45,018 nucleotides of DNA from Methanomassiliicoccales archaeon (GTDB lineage: Archaea > Thermoplasmatota > Thermoplasmata > GCA-020350865): assembly GCA_020347705.1 (NCBI GenBank), contig CP070739.1, forward strand, positions 2,446,834 to 2,491,851. Reading direction: 5' to 3'. Positions within the stretch are counted from its first letter, which is position 1; every line of letters begins with the position of its first letter. A program made the position numbers and the translations under genes. Below the pieces are notes generated by a model that worked only from the letters and a program-made list of their open reading frames with translations, did no database searches and was not told the DNA's origin. This document shows positions 1-8,872 of the stretch, piece by piece.

Positions 1-1
1 T

Positions 2-235
2 CGTAAGAACGTCTCAAGCAAGGACGCGTTGCTAAAAATTGAGCCCTGGCTCACGGTTTTTAAGGATAACGAGGGCATTCTAAGGTGCGTTCACAGCGCC
101 CGCGACGAGGCCATAAAGCTATTGAAGTCCATTGAGGTCGTAGGAAGGGACAGTATCAAAATCAAAGTGGAACCTCTCGGTACTTCCGGAACGATAAAAA
201 AGGCCAAGATGAGATATCTAGGCTCGCGTAGATAA
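2..235 (+). CDS. RNase P protein component Pop5/Rpp14-like, C-terminal fragment (5-prime end cut by window edge)
   Basis: The frame is open from nt 2 to TAA 233-235. The C-terminal ...EPLGTSGTIKKAK resembles the end of archaeal Pop5. Its position directly upstream of psmA-SBDS-rrp4-rrp41-rrp42 matches the conserved archaeal exosome superoperon order. Confidence 0.55.
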   Translation, partial: RKNVSSKDALLKIEPWLTVFKDNEGILRCVHSARDEAIKLLKSIEVVGRDSIKIKVEPLGTSGTIKKAKMRYLGSRR

Positions 236-294
236 AAATAATCGCACCATTACCTTTATATTTAGGGTAGGTGATTACCAACCGGGGATTTATA

Positions 295-1011
295 ATGCAA
301 CCAGGACAAATGGCTTACGATAGGGCAATCACGGTCTTCTCACCAGACGGAAGATTGTTTCAAGTGGAGTACGCAAGAGAAGCTGTCAAACGGGGCACGA
401 CAACTGTCGGCCTGAAATTCAAGGATGGCGTGGCCCTGATAATCGATAAGAGGGTTACAAGCAGACTGATCGAACCGACATCCATAGAAAAGATTTTTCA
501 GATAGATGAGCACATCGGATGTGCGACCTCGGGTTTGGTAGCCGATGCCCGGGCCTTGGTAGATTATGCCAGGATCACGGCCCAAATCAACAGGGTAACA
601 TATAACGAGCGTGTATCGGTTGAGCAATTGGTCAAAAAGATATGCGATTACAAGCAGAACTACACACAGTTCGGTGGCGTCAGGCCTTTTGGGACTGCGC
701 TATTGGTTGCGGGTACGGACGCACAGGGGATAAATCTATTTGAAACGGACCCAAGCGGTGCTCTCATGGCCTATAAGGCGGGTAGCATCGGGGCCGGTAG
801 AAACACCGTCATCGAGATTTTTGAGGAGAAGTACAAAGAGAACATGCCGATGAACGACTCGATTATACTGGGCTTGGAGGCTCTTTCTAAGGCTACTGAG
901 GGTGAACCGAACGTGCTTTCCGTAGAAATCGGAGTGGTTAAGGTTAAAGAGAGATTCAGGAAGTTGGAGACAAAGGAAGTTGAAAAGTTCGTGAACAAGC
1001 TGGGTAAATGA
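295..1011 (+). CDS. psmA: Proteasome subunit alpha
   Basis: [34 protein letters not shown]... is the canonical archaeal PsmA N-terminus. ATG 295 is preferred over the GTG at 271 that opens the ORF. Confidence 0.95.
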   Translation: MQPGQMAYDRAITVFSPDGRLFQVEYAREAVKRGTTTVGLKFKDGVALIIDKRVTSRLIEPTSIEKIFQIDEHIGCATSGLVADARALVDYARITAQINRVTYNERVSVEQLVKKICDYKQNYTQFGGVRPFGTALLVAGTDAQGINLFETDPSGALMAYKAGSIGAGRNTVIEIFEEKYKENMPMNDSIILGLEALSKATEGEPNVLSVEIGVVKVKERFRKLETKEVEKFVNKLGK

Positions 1012-1036
1012 TGGATTTAGTGGGCGAGATAATATT

Positions 1037-1732
1037 ATGGTAAAGTTGGAAGATGCTGTAATAGCACGGTTGGAGATTGAGAGCGAAACCTTCGAGATAT
1101 TGATTGACCCTGAATCTGCCCAGAAATTTAAGAATGGGGAGGATATCGGGATATTGGAGAGCCTGGTAATTGATACCATATTCAAGGATTCAAAGAAAGG
1201 TGACAAGGCCTCCGAAGAAAAAATGAATAAGATATTCAGTACAAACGATATCTCCGAGGTGGCCAAGAGGATACTTTTAGAGGGTACGATTCAGCTTACA
1301 ACGGAGCAGCGGAAGCAGATGCAGGAGAACAAGAGGAAGCAGATCGTGGCATCCATTGTAAGAAATGCAATCAACCCACAAACTGGGGCTCCCCATCCTT
1401 CCCAGAGGATAGAACTGGCCATGAAGGAAGCAAAGGTTCAAATCGATCCCTTCAAACCCGTGGATTTGCAGGTGCAATATGTATTGGACAAACTCAGGGC
1501 AATAATACCGATAAGATTCGAAAAGGTGAAGATCGCCGTGAAACTGTCTGGTGAAAATTACGGAAGAACATATGGGGACATAACCAGCTTTGGGAAGATC
1601 ATCCGCGAGGAGTGGCAGTCGAATGGGTCATGGATAGGAGTGGTGGAAATTCCTGCAGGTCTTCAATCTGAATTTTTTGACAAACTGAACAAAAAAACAA
1701 AGGGAGAAGTTGAAACCAAAATACTAAAATAA
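1037..1732 (+). CDS. sdo1: Ribosome maturation protein SDO1/SBDS ortholog
   Basis: SBDS-type motifs are present: ...FKDSKKGDKASEE..., LTTEQRKQM..NKRKQI, RNAINPQTGAPHP. Superoperon position also fits. Confidence 0.9.
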   Translation: MVKLEDAVIARLEIESETFEILIDPESAQKFKNGEDIGILESLVIDTIFKDSKKGDKASEEKMNKIFSTNDISEVAKRILLEGTIQLTTEQRKQMQENKRKQIVASIVRNAINPQTGAPHPSQRIELAMKEAKVQIDPFKPVDLQVQYVLDKLRAIIPIRFEKVKIAVKLSGENYGRTYGDITSFGKIIREEWQSNGSWIGVVEIPAGLQSEFFDKLNKKTKGEVETKILK

Positions 1733-1795
1733 TGGGACATAGTTATGGTTGCACTTTGTGTAGTGTGGATTTGAGTTAGAGTAGATGTGATTTAG

Positions 1796-2518
1796 ATGGA
1801 CAATGTTGAAAAAACCGCTGATTCTTCCAATGGTAATAAACTTGAAAGAGAGCTTGTTATACCTGGAGATCATTTGAGTGAGGAGGACCTGAAATCAGGA
1901 ATGGGCACATACAGTGATTCCGGCAGAATATACGCTTCCCGATTGGGTGTTAAGAACATAAGGGCAGGCTACATAAATGTGGTTCCTCTGGGTGGCAGAT
2001 ATATCCCACGACCAGGGGATTATGTAATCGGAAGCATCATAGATATAGGCCCTTCAAACTGGTTAGTGGATATCAATGCGCCATATCCTGCGCCACTGCA
2101 TGTGAACGAGGTACCTTGGCGGGTTGAGTTCGGTGACACTGCGAGGTTTCTAAAGGTGGGCGACACCATATTGGTGAAGATACAAAATGTGGATGAGATT
2201 AAACGAGTTCATGTGACCATGAACGACCATGATTTAAGAAGGCTTTCCGGTGGGTTGATTACCGAGATTTCCCACTCAAAAGTTCCCAGGGTTATTGGCA
2301 AGGGTGGTTCGATGATCACCCTTATTAAGAGATATACAAAATGTAGAATGTTCGTGGGTCAGAATGGTAGAATATGGATAGACGGAGATGCGAAAGATAT
2401 CATGATCGCTGTGGAAACCATAGAGAGAATCGAGGCTGAGGCCCAGGTGATGGGCTTAACGGATGCAATAAAGGCATTTTTGGAGGAGCATTACTCCTTG
2501 GATGCCAGGGTCAGTTGA
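1796..2518 (+). CDS. rrp4: Exosome complex RNA-binding protein Rrp4 (S1 + KH domains)
   Basis: An S1-like segment (PRPGDYVIGSIIDIGPSNWLVDI) is followed by a KH GxxG segment (IGKGGSMI). Gene order fits. Confidence 0.9.
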   Translation: MDNVEKTADSSNGNKLERELVIPGDHLSEEDLKSGMGTYSDSGRIYASRLGVKNIRAGYINVVPLGGRYIPRPGDYVIGSIIDIGPSNWLVDINAPYPAPLHVNEVPWRVEFGDTARFLKVGDTILVKIQNVDEIKRVHVTMNDHDLRRLSGGLITEISHSKVPRVIGKGGSMITLIKRYTKCRMFVGQNGRIWIDGDAKDIMIAVETIERIEAEAQVMGLTDAIKAFLEEHYSLDARVS

Positions 2519-2582
2519 GTAAAAAATGATAGTCATTGAGTAGAATGTAAATTGATATGGATTTTATCCTAGGGTGATTTGA

Positions 2583-3368
2583 ATGGGAGAAAATATTGAT
2601 TTGAAGTTGATGGATGAAGAAGGGCGAAGAATAGATGGCAGGAAATTTGATGAGCTAAGGCCTATAAAAATCGAGGCAAATGTCCTTAAAAGAGCCGATG
2701 GCTCCGCTTACTTGGAATGGGGAGGTAATAAGATTTTGGCCGCGGTCTACGGCCCAAGAGAAGCACATCCGAGACATCTGCAGGACCCAACAAAGGCCCG
2801 GGTCCAATGCCGGTACAACATGGCCGCATTTTCTGTTATGGACAGGAAAAGGCCGGGCCCTGATCGCAGGTCTGTTGAGATATCGAAGATATTATCCGAA
2901 GCTCTGGAATATGTGATATTCACAGAACAATTTCCCAGAACAACAATTGACATCTTCATAGAGATTTTACAGGCAGAGGCGGGAACGAGATGTTCAGGTC
3001 TGACCGCAGCATCTGTGGCCCTGGCAGATGCGGGCATTCCCATGAGGGACTTGATAGTCTCCTGCGCCTTTGGCAAGATAGCGGGGAAGGTGGTTTTGGA
3101 CCTACGCAAGGAAGAGGACAATTTTGGGGAGGCAGATGTTCCACTGGCCATCGTTCCACGTACCGAGGAGATAGTGCTGTTGCAGATGGACGGACATCTC
3201 ACTACAAATGAGTTTCAAGAGGGATTGTCCATGGCGATGAAGGCCTGCAAGAACATCTACGGCCTTCAGAGAGAGGCACTGAGAAAGAGATACTCCACGG
3301 TCATTGATAAGAATGAGGAGAAGGAGAAAAAGGAGGAAAAGAAGGAGAAGGAGGAGGTGGTTCAATGA
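2583..3368 (+). CDS. rrp41: Exosome complex exonuclease Rrp41 (RNase PH family), with Lys/Glu-rich C-terminal tail
   Basis: [12 protein letters not shown]...[23 protein letters not shown] is an RNase PH signature. The stop overlaps the rrp42 start (ATGA at 3365-3368). Confidence 0.92.
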   Translation: MGENIDLKLMDEEGRRIDGRKFDELRPIKIEANVLKRADGSAYLEWGGNKILAAVYGPREAHPRHLQDPTKARVQCRYNMAAFSVMDRKRPGPDRRSVEISKILSEALEYVIFTEQFPRTTIDIFIEILQAEAGTRCSGLTAASVALADAGIPMRDLIVSCAFGKIAGKVVLDLRKEEDNFGEADVPLAIVPRTEEIVLLQMDGHLTTNEFQEGLSMAMKACKNIYGLQREALRKRYSTVIDKNEEKEKKEEKKEKEEVVQ

Positions 3369-4141
3369 GCGATGAGGTTATTTCCGAGATCAATCGCAAT
3401 TTCATCTATCAATTGACAGAGAAGGGCAAGCGCATCGATAACCGAGCTCCCAACGAGTATCGGCCCATCAGGGTGGAAAAGAGCGTGGTGGAAACCGCTG
3501 AAGGCTCAGCCAGGGTGTATCTTGGAAACACCGTTGTTTTGGTGGGAGTAAAGATCGGATTAGGTGAGCCCTTTCCTGACACCCCCCAAAAAGGTGTACT
3601 TACCACCAATGCAGAGCTCGTCCCCATGGCCTCCCCAACTTTCGAGTCAGGACCGCCTAGGGAAGGCTCAATCGAACTCGCGAGAGTGGTGGACAGAGGC
3701 ATTCGGGAATCCGGTACATTAGATCTCGAAAAACTGTGTTTGGAGGAGGGAGAGAAGGTTTGGGTGGTGTTCATAGATATCCATGTATTGGATTATGACG
3801 GAAACCTGTTCGACGCTTCAGCACTCGGTGCTTTAGCAGCTTTGACAAACACCACCGTTCCTGCATCCAGGTTCGAGCTGGGCGAAGATTTCAAATTGCC
3901 GATCATGCATTACCCCATCGCCTGTACCACTATTAAGGTGGAGAACTCTCTTCTGGTGGATCCATCATTGGAAGAAGAGAAGGTGGCATGTGCTCGTCTA
4001 ACTGTTACTACCGATGAAAACGGAGATATTCGAGCGATGCAAAAGGGTTTAGGAGGCTCCTTCACTTTGGAGCAGATAAAGAATATCGTAACCTCATCCC
4101 AGGAATTGGCAAAGGTGAACAGAAAATATGTATTGGATTAA
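3365..4141 (+). CDS. rrp42: Exosome complex component Rrp42 (inactive RNase PH-like)
   Basis: [13 protein letters not shown]...[18 protein letters not shown] shows the RNase PH-like fold pattern. The start overlaps rrp41 by 4 nt. Confidence 0.9.
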   Translation: MSDEVISEINRNFIYQLTEKGKRIDNRAPNEYRPIRVEKSVVETAEGSARVYLGNTVVLVGVKIGLGEPFPDTPQKGVLTTNAELVPMASPTFESGPPREGSIELARVVDRGIRESGTLDLEKLCLEEGEKVWVVFIDIHVLDYDGNLFDASALGALAALTNTTVPASRFELGEDFKLPIMHYPIACTTIKVENSLLVDPSLEEEKVACARLTVTTDENGDIRAMQKGLGGSFTLEQIKNIVTSSQELAKVNRKYVLD

Positions 4142-4188
4142 AGTTTATTAAACGGTACACGCCTTAAGATCAACGGGAGGACGAAAAA

Positions 4189-4464
4189 ATGTCAAAGAAA
4201 AAGAAGAATGTAGGTATCGCGGGTAAATTAGGGCCCAGATACGGGGTGAAGGTTAGAAAGCAGATTCAAGAGATAGAAAAGGAGAAGGTAAAAAGGCATA
4301 CTTGTCCCCGCTGTAAACATCGATCCGTTAAGAGAGTCGGTGCTGGCATATGGAAGTGCAGGCGGTGTGACTTAACGTTCGCAAGCGGTGCTTATTCACC
4401 TGTTCATTCCAAGATAACGGCTGCGGAAGCCTATAAACCAACGGAGGAAGAGGCCAATGTATAA
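4189..4464 (+). CDS. rpl37ae: Large ribosomal subunit protein eL43 (L37Ae)
   Basis: GKLGPRYGVKVRK and the zinc ribbon CPRC...CRRC are present. A GGAGG lies upstream. Confidence 0.93.
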   Translation: MSKKKKNVGIAGKLGPRYGVKVRKQIQEIEKEKVKRHTCPRCKHRSVKRVGAGIWKCRRCDLTFASGAYSPVHSKITAAEAYKPTEEEANV

Positions 4465-4591
4465 ATGTAGCAGATGCAAGGAGCCGATTCGCACGGATAT
4501 CAATACCGTGGGAATCCAATGTGAAAAATGCGGCTCTAAGATATTCTTCAAAGAAAGACCGAACGTAAAGAAGGTAATCAGAGCAAGATAA
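4457..4591 (+). CDS. rpoP: DNA-directed RNA polymerase subunit P (Rpo12/RpoP), 44 aa
   Basis: Translated by hand as MYKCSRCKEPIRTDINTVGIQCEKCGSKIFFKERPNVKKVIRAR, with a CxxC...CxxC zinc ribbon. The ATG overlaps the rpl37ae stop by 8 nt. This is the expected superoperon position. It is absent from the ORF track, which lists nothing shorter than 60 aa. Confidence 0.8.
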   Translation: MYKCSRCKEPIRTDINTVGIQCEKCGSKIFFKERPNVKKVIRAR

Positions 4592-4642
4592 GGGATGCAT
4601 TTTTAGAACCACTTAGAGTGAACATCAAGCAGAGGTAATAGT

Positions 4643-5788
4643 ATGGCGTACCAATCCATCGAGAATTTAAAAGCTGAGGACGTGATGACCAAAAACGTAG
4701 TAACAGCTACAGAAGATGAGAAACTTTCAGATGTACTTGCCAAGTTAAAAAAGTATGACATCCACGAATTACCGGTACTGAGGAAAAATAGACTCGTTGG
4801 GTTAGTGAGCTATGACACACTCATCAAGCGTAGAAATCTACCCCTTTCCACGAAGGTAGAGCACTTCATGTCCACGCCGCCAAAGCTCGAAAAGGAGGCT
4901 CCTATAACAACCGTGGCTGAGATGATGATGAGCTCGGGATACAGGGCTTTGCCCATCACCTCAAAAGGAAAAATATTGGCAGGTATTGTCTCACGAAACG
5001 ATATGCTCAAGGGAATAATTCAGGACAAGAAGCTCGCGGATACGAGTATTTCCTCAATAATGACGCAAAGACCCCAGTGCATCCGGGATAACGATAATAT
5101 AACAAAAGCAAGGACAATGATGAAGCGATTGAGCATGCGCACCTTACCTGTAATCGATAAAAACGACAAGCTGGTAGGGGTTGTTGGCGTCAAGGACATC
5201 GCAAGAATCTGGACCCCGAAGACGAAAGAGAGCACTGGTGAGCTCAAAGGTGATAAGATATCCTTGGATGTCGAGGTTAAAAGTATCATGAATCCAGAAC
5301 CGATATTCATAGGAAAAGAAGGCAGGGTAAAAGACGTTATCAAACTCATGCAGGTTCATGATATTTCCAGTGTATTGATCACAGAGGAGCAAAAACCTCT
5401 GGGTATAATCACACCTCTTGATCTTATAGAGCTGCTTGTAAGAACCAAGGAACGAGAATCCCTTTATGTTCAGATCACAGGGCTTGACGAGGAGGATGCC
5501 GAATATTACGATGAGATGTACGACCTCATACAGAAATACATGAGCAAGGTGAACAAGATCGAAAAAACGAGGATCTTTGCCCTTCATGTGGTCCAATACC
5601 ACAACAGGAGCTTTGTAAAGGAATACGAGTTGAGAGCACGATTATCCACCAAGAAACAGATGTTCTATGCACAAAGCGATGGATGGGATCTGATGAGGGC
5701 ATTGGACGAAGCCCTGGATGCCTTGGAAAGAATGGTCACCAAGGAGAAGGAACGGAGGGTCGATGCCAGAAAAAAGCTTAGCTATTAA
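4643..5788 (+). CDS. Four-CBS-domain protein with C-terminal HPF/RaiA (ribosomal S30AE)-like domain
   Basis: There are four CBS-like units (VMTKNVVT...HELPVL; FMSTPP...RALPIT; IMTQRP...RTLPVI; IMNPEP...SSVLIT). The tail is then LYVQITGL...YAQSDGWDLMRALDEALDALERMVTKEKERR. Confidence 0.8.
   Translation: MAYQSIENLKAEDVMTKNVVTATEDEKLSDVLAKLKKYDIHELPVLRKNRLVGLVSYDTLIKRRNLPLSTKVEHFMSTPPKLEKEAPITTVAEMMMSSGYRALPITSKGKILAGIVSRNDMLKGIIQDKKLADTSISSIMTQRPQCIRDNDNITKARTMMKRLSMRTLPVIDKNDKLVGVVGVKDIARIWTPKTKESTGELKGDKISLDVEVKSIMNPEPIFIGKEGRVKDVIKLMQVHDISSVLITEEQKPLGIITPLDLIELLVRTKERESLYVQITGLDEEDAEYYDEMYDLIQKYMSKVNKIEKTRIFALHVVQYHNRSFVKEYELRARLSTKKQMFYAQSDGWDLMRALDEALDALERMVTKEKERRVDARKKLSY
5462..5785 (+). 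other. HPF/RaiA-like domain segment of the CBS protein
   Basis: By-eye alignment to the E. coli HPF pattern (xxNITG...; beta-alpha-beta-beta-beta-alpha; ...[16 protein letters not shown].KHK). Matching segments here are VQITG, IFALHVV, ELRARLS, FYAQSDGWDLMRALDEALDALERMVTKEK. Confidence 0.5.
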
Positions 5789-5809
5789 TTTCCTATCCTG
5801 GTCCCTTGG

Positions 5810-6817
5810 TCACAGCTTCCAATATCTTCTTTGAATCTCTTTTAATTCGTTAATCGTTTCCCTTCCTAGGGTATCCAAATCGTATACCTCGGAGAAAAAT
5901 ATTGGAGTTTCTTTGTCGTAGAACTTACCCACGATGCCGCAGATGATATCGGCCAGTGCACCTGTGTGGTAACCCCCCTCAAGATAGAACGAGACCCTAC
6001 CATCACAGAATCTTTTGGCGCACCTAATCAATTTTTCAGCCAAAGAGACATATCCAAGGCTCGATAGCGTTAAACTTGCCAAAGGGTCCATATAATGTGC
6101 ATCCCCACCCACACTCATCAGCAACGCCTCGGGCTTAAATTGATCGAGGATAGGTTCTATTATTTCCTCCCAGGCCAAGGTGTATGACATGTCTCCGGTC
6201 CTCGAGGGAAACGGGATGTTTACCGTATAACCTTCCCCCTCTCCTTCACCAACATAATTTACAGGACCGGTTCCAGGGAAGATACCCCATTCGTGAGTAG
6301 ATATGTAGAGAACATCTTTTCGTTTGCAAAATATATCGCTTGTCCCGTTTCCGTGATGGACATCGATATCCACAATGGCAACTCTTTTCACCTTATCCAG
6401 GAGGTGTTGTGCAGCCAGGGCGATATTATTGAAATAGCAAAAACCCCCGCAGTAATCGGCTCCGGCATGATGCCCAGGTGGGCGAAGTAGGCCCATTGCA
6501 GGTTTTCTTTCAAAGAAGGAATTATCGGCCGCAAGAAGCGCACCCCCACATGCCAGGAGGGCGATTTCGAAGGTCTCCTCGTGGGACACGGTGTCCAAAT
6601 CGATTCTTCCCTCGCCCACGTTCTTTATGAAATTGATATGAGTGGGAGTATGTATCTTCTCCAGATCGTTTTCGGAAGCTGGCTCCGGTGTCAAAACTTC
6701 CCTATTCAATCTCTCCTCGTCCAACTTGGTATTGATGGCCAAAAGCCTTTCAGGACTTTCCGGATGATATGAATTCTGATAATGGTCTAGATATCGTGGG
6801 TGGAAGATGATCGCCAT
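5810..6817 (-). CDS. Histone deacetylase-family (AcuC/acetylpolyamine amidohydrolase-like) zinc deacylase
   Basis: RPPGHHA, DIDVHHGNGT and GGGY-type (LEGGYH) motifs of the class I/II HDAC fold are present. Confidence 0.85.
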   Translation of the reverse strand: MAIIFHPRYLDHYQNSYHPESPERLLAINTKLDEERLNREVLTPEPASENDLEKIHTPTHINFIKNVGEGRIDLDTVSHEETFEIALLACGGALLAADNSFFERKPAMGLLRPPGHHAGADYCGGFCYFNNIALAAQHLLDKVKRVAIVDIDVHHGNGTSDIFCKRKDVLYISTHEWGIFPGTGPVNYVGEGEGEGYTVNIPFPSRTGDMSYTLAWEEIIEPILDQFKPEALLMSVGGDAHYMDPLASLTLSSLGYVSLAEKLIRCAKRFCDGRVSFYLEGGYHTGALADIICGIVGKFYDKETPIFFSEVYDLDTLGRETINELKEIQRRYWKL

Positions 6818-6870
6818 GCAAGGGGGGAATTGATTGAAGGTTAAAAAAAGTTACTCAAAGATATAGAATC

Positions 6871-8067
6871 CTAGTCTCCAATCTTCTTGAACTCCTCCAC
6901 TAAAAGAGGCACCACCTCATGCAGGTCCCCCACGATACCGTAATGAGCGATCTTGAATATTGTGGCATCTGGATCCTTGTTTACGGCCACGATTATCTCG
7001 CTGTTCTGCATACCTGCCCGATGTTGAATCGAACCTGAAATCCCGCAGGCTATGTACAGCCTGGGCCGAACGGTTTTTCCTGTCTGACCCACCTGGTGAT
7101 CCTGTTCGATCCATCCCTTTTCCACGGCGACGCGAGAGCCTCCTACCTCGCCCTTAAGTGCCCTTGCGAGCTCCCTTATTATATTGAAGCCTTCCTTGCT
7201 TCCCACACCCCTTCCTCCAGAGACGATTATGTTTGCCTCCTCGAGGTTTACCCGCTTTTTCGCTTCCTTTACGATCTCCAAAATCTTGGTCTTTATCTCT
7301 GCATCGCTCAGTTTGACGGGGAAGTCCACTATCTCTCCTTTTCTTTTTTCGTCCTTTTCGAGCTCCTTCATTATGCCAGGTCTAACGGTTGCCATTTGAG
7401 GCCTCGTACCAGGTGTGATGATGGTGGCCATGATGTTGCCCCCGAATGCAGGCCGGGTTTGCAACAGGATTTGCTCCTCGGGGTCTATGGTCAATTCCGT
7501 GCAATCAGCTGTCAAGCCCAAATCAAGGCGCTGTGCAATTCTCGGGGCGAGATCCCTTCCGATATGCGTGGCTCCGTAAATCACGATGTTGGGTTTAAGC
7601 TCCTTGATCATATTACAAATTACAGATGCATAGGCGTCGGTCTGGTAGTTATTCAATTTTTCATCTTCTGCCACATAGACCTTGTCCGCACCATATGCGA
7701 TGAGCTCCTGTGCCAATTTCTTGACATCATTGCCCAGCAACATGGCACAAAGTTGCTGACCCAGTGCGTCTGCCAGTGCTCTTCCACCACCTGTTAATTG
7801 GTAGGCCACTCGTTTTAGCTCTCCGCCCCTTTGCTCCGCGAACACCCAGACATCCTTGTATTGGGAAAAGTCGATAACCTCGGCCTTCTCCTCCTTCTCA
7901 ACCTCTAATATGGCCTCAACAGGACAGGACTCGATGCAGGCGTTGCAGCTGTTGCAGTTGTCCTTGATTTTGGCTATCCCGTCCTTCATTTCAATTGCCT
8001 CGATGGGACAGGCATCGATACATGACTCGCAGCCTGTGCATTCCTCTTCGTTGACTTTGACTACCAT
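6871..8067 (-). CDS. etfA: Electron transfer flavoprotein alpha subunit with N-terminal 2x[4Fe-4S] ferredoxin domain
   Basis: Two CxxCxxCxxxCP motifs (CTGCESCIDACP, CNSCNACIESCP) precede the EtfA core. The C-terminal FAD-binding region reads IVSGGRGVGS...YIACGISGSIQH. Confidence 0.88.
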   Translation of the reverse strand: MVVKVNEEECTGCESCIDACPIEAIEMKDGIAKIKDNCNSCNACIESCPVEAILEVEKEEKAEVIDFSQYKDVWVFAEQRGGELKRVAYQLTGGGRALADALGQQLCAMLLGNDVKKLAQELIAYGADKVYVAEDEKLNNYQTDAYASVICNMIKELKPNIVIYGATHIGRDLAPRIAQRLDLGLTADCTELTIDPEEQILLQTRPAFGGNIMATIITPGTRPQMATVRPGIMKELEKDEKRKGEIVDFPVKLSDAEIKTKILEIVKEAKKRVNLEEANIIVSGGRGVGSKEGFNIIRELARALKGEVGGSRVAVEKGWIEQDHQVGQTGKTVRPRLYIACGISGSIQHRAGMQNSEIIVAVNKDPDATIFKIAHYGIVGDLHEVVPLLVEEFKKIGD

Positions 8068-8068
8068 G

Positions 8069-8857
8069 TTACCTCACCACGTTATCATCCTTTAATTTGG
8101 AGACGAGATCCTTTGCCATCTCCTCCACGGTACCTTCAAGTATTATTCCCTCACCATGCGGCTCAGGTGCAAAGGACCTTTTTACCTGTGTTGGAGAGCC
8201 GTCCAGTCCGATTTTTTTAGGATCTGCACCGATGTCCTTGACGGTCCAAATGGGATACTCGGCTTCTCTACAGGCCTTGACAATTCCCGCAACAGATGGA
8301 TATCTCGGTTTATTCAGGTCTTTTATCACCGTAATCAAAGTAGGTAAGGTGGTCTCAATCCTTTCAAAACCGTCCTCCAATGCCCTCTCCGCCAGCACGG
8401 TCTTGCCTTCGATATCCAATTTACGCACATATGTTATTTGAGGAAGCCCCAAGCATTCGGCGACCTGCGGGCCCACCTGCGCCGTATCACCATCGATGGC
8501 CTGCCTACCGCATATGATCAAATCGTAGTCTCCTATCTTCTTTATGGCCATGGCCAATGTGTATGAGGTCGCCCATGTGTCCGCCCCTGCGAAGGCCCTA
8601 TCGCTTAAAAGGATATTTTCGTCCGTTCCCATGGCCTGGGATTCCCTCAGAGCATCCAGGGCCTGGGGAGGACCCATGGAAAGCACCGACACCTTACCAC
8701 CGAATTTTTCCCTGAGTCGCAGCGCCTCCTCGATGGCATGCTTGTCATCGGGATTTATTATACTCGGTACACCCTCACGGATCAAAGTACCAGTCTTTTT
8801 ATCGATTTTAACATCTGTAGTATCTGGAACCTGTTTTATCAGCACAACTATATTCAT
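8069..8857 (-). CDS. etfB: Electron transfer flavoprotein beta subunit (bifurcating-type signature)
   Basis: MNIVVLIKQVPD and GRQAIDGDTAQVGP are present. ATG 8857 is preferred over 8872 because GGAGGGG lies 6-7 nt upstream of it. Confidence 0.88.
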   Translation of the reverse strand: MNIVVLIKQVPDTTDVKIDKKTGTLIREGVPSIINPDDKHAIEEALRLREKFGGKVSVLSMGPPQALDALRESQAMGTDENILLSDRAFAGADTWATSYTLAMAIKKIGDYDLIICGRQAIDGDTAQVGPQVAECLGLPQITYVRKLDIEGKTVLAERALEDGFERIETTLPTLITVIKDLNKPRYPSVAGIVKACREAEYPIWTVKDIGADPKKIGLDGSPTQVKRSFAPEPHGEGIILEGTVEEMAKDLVSKLKDDNVVR

Positions 8858-8872
8858 TTTTCGCCCCTCCAT

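Noticed and set aside
1425-1450. aaGGTTCAAATCgatcc, a tRNA T-arm-like string
   Set aside because: It lies inside the well-supported SBDS reading frame, and no acceptor or anticodon arms can be drawn around it.
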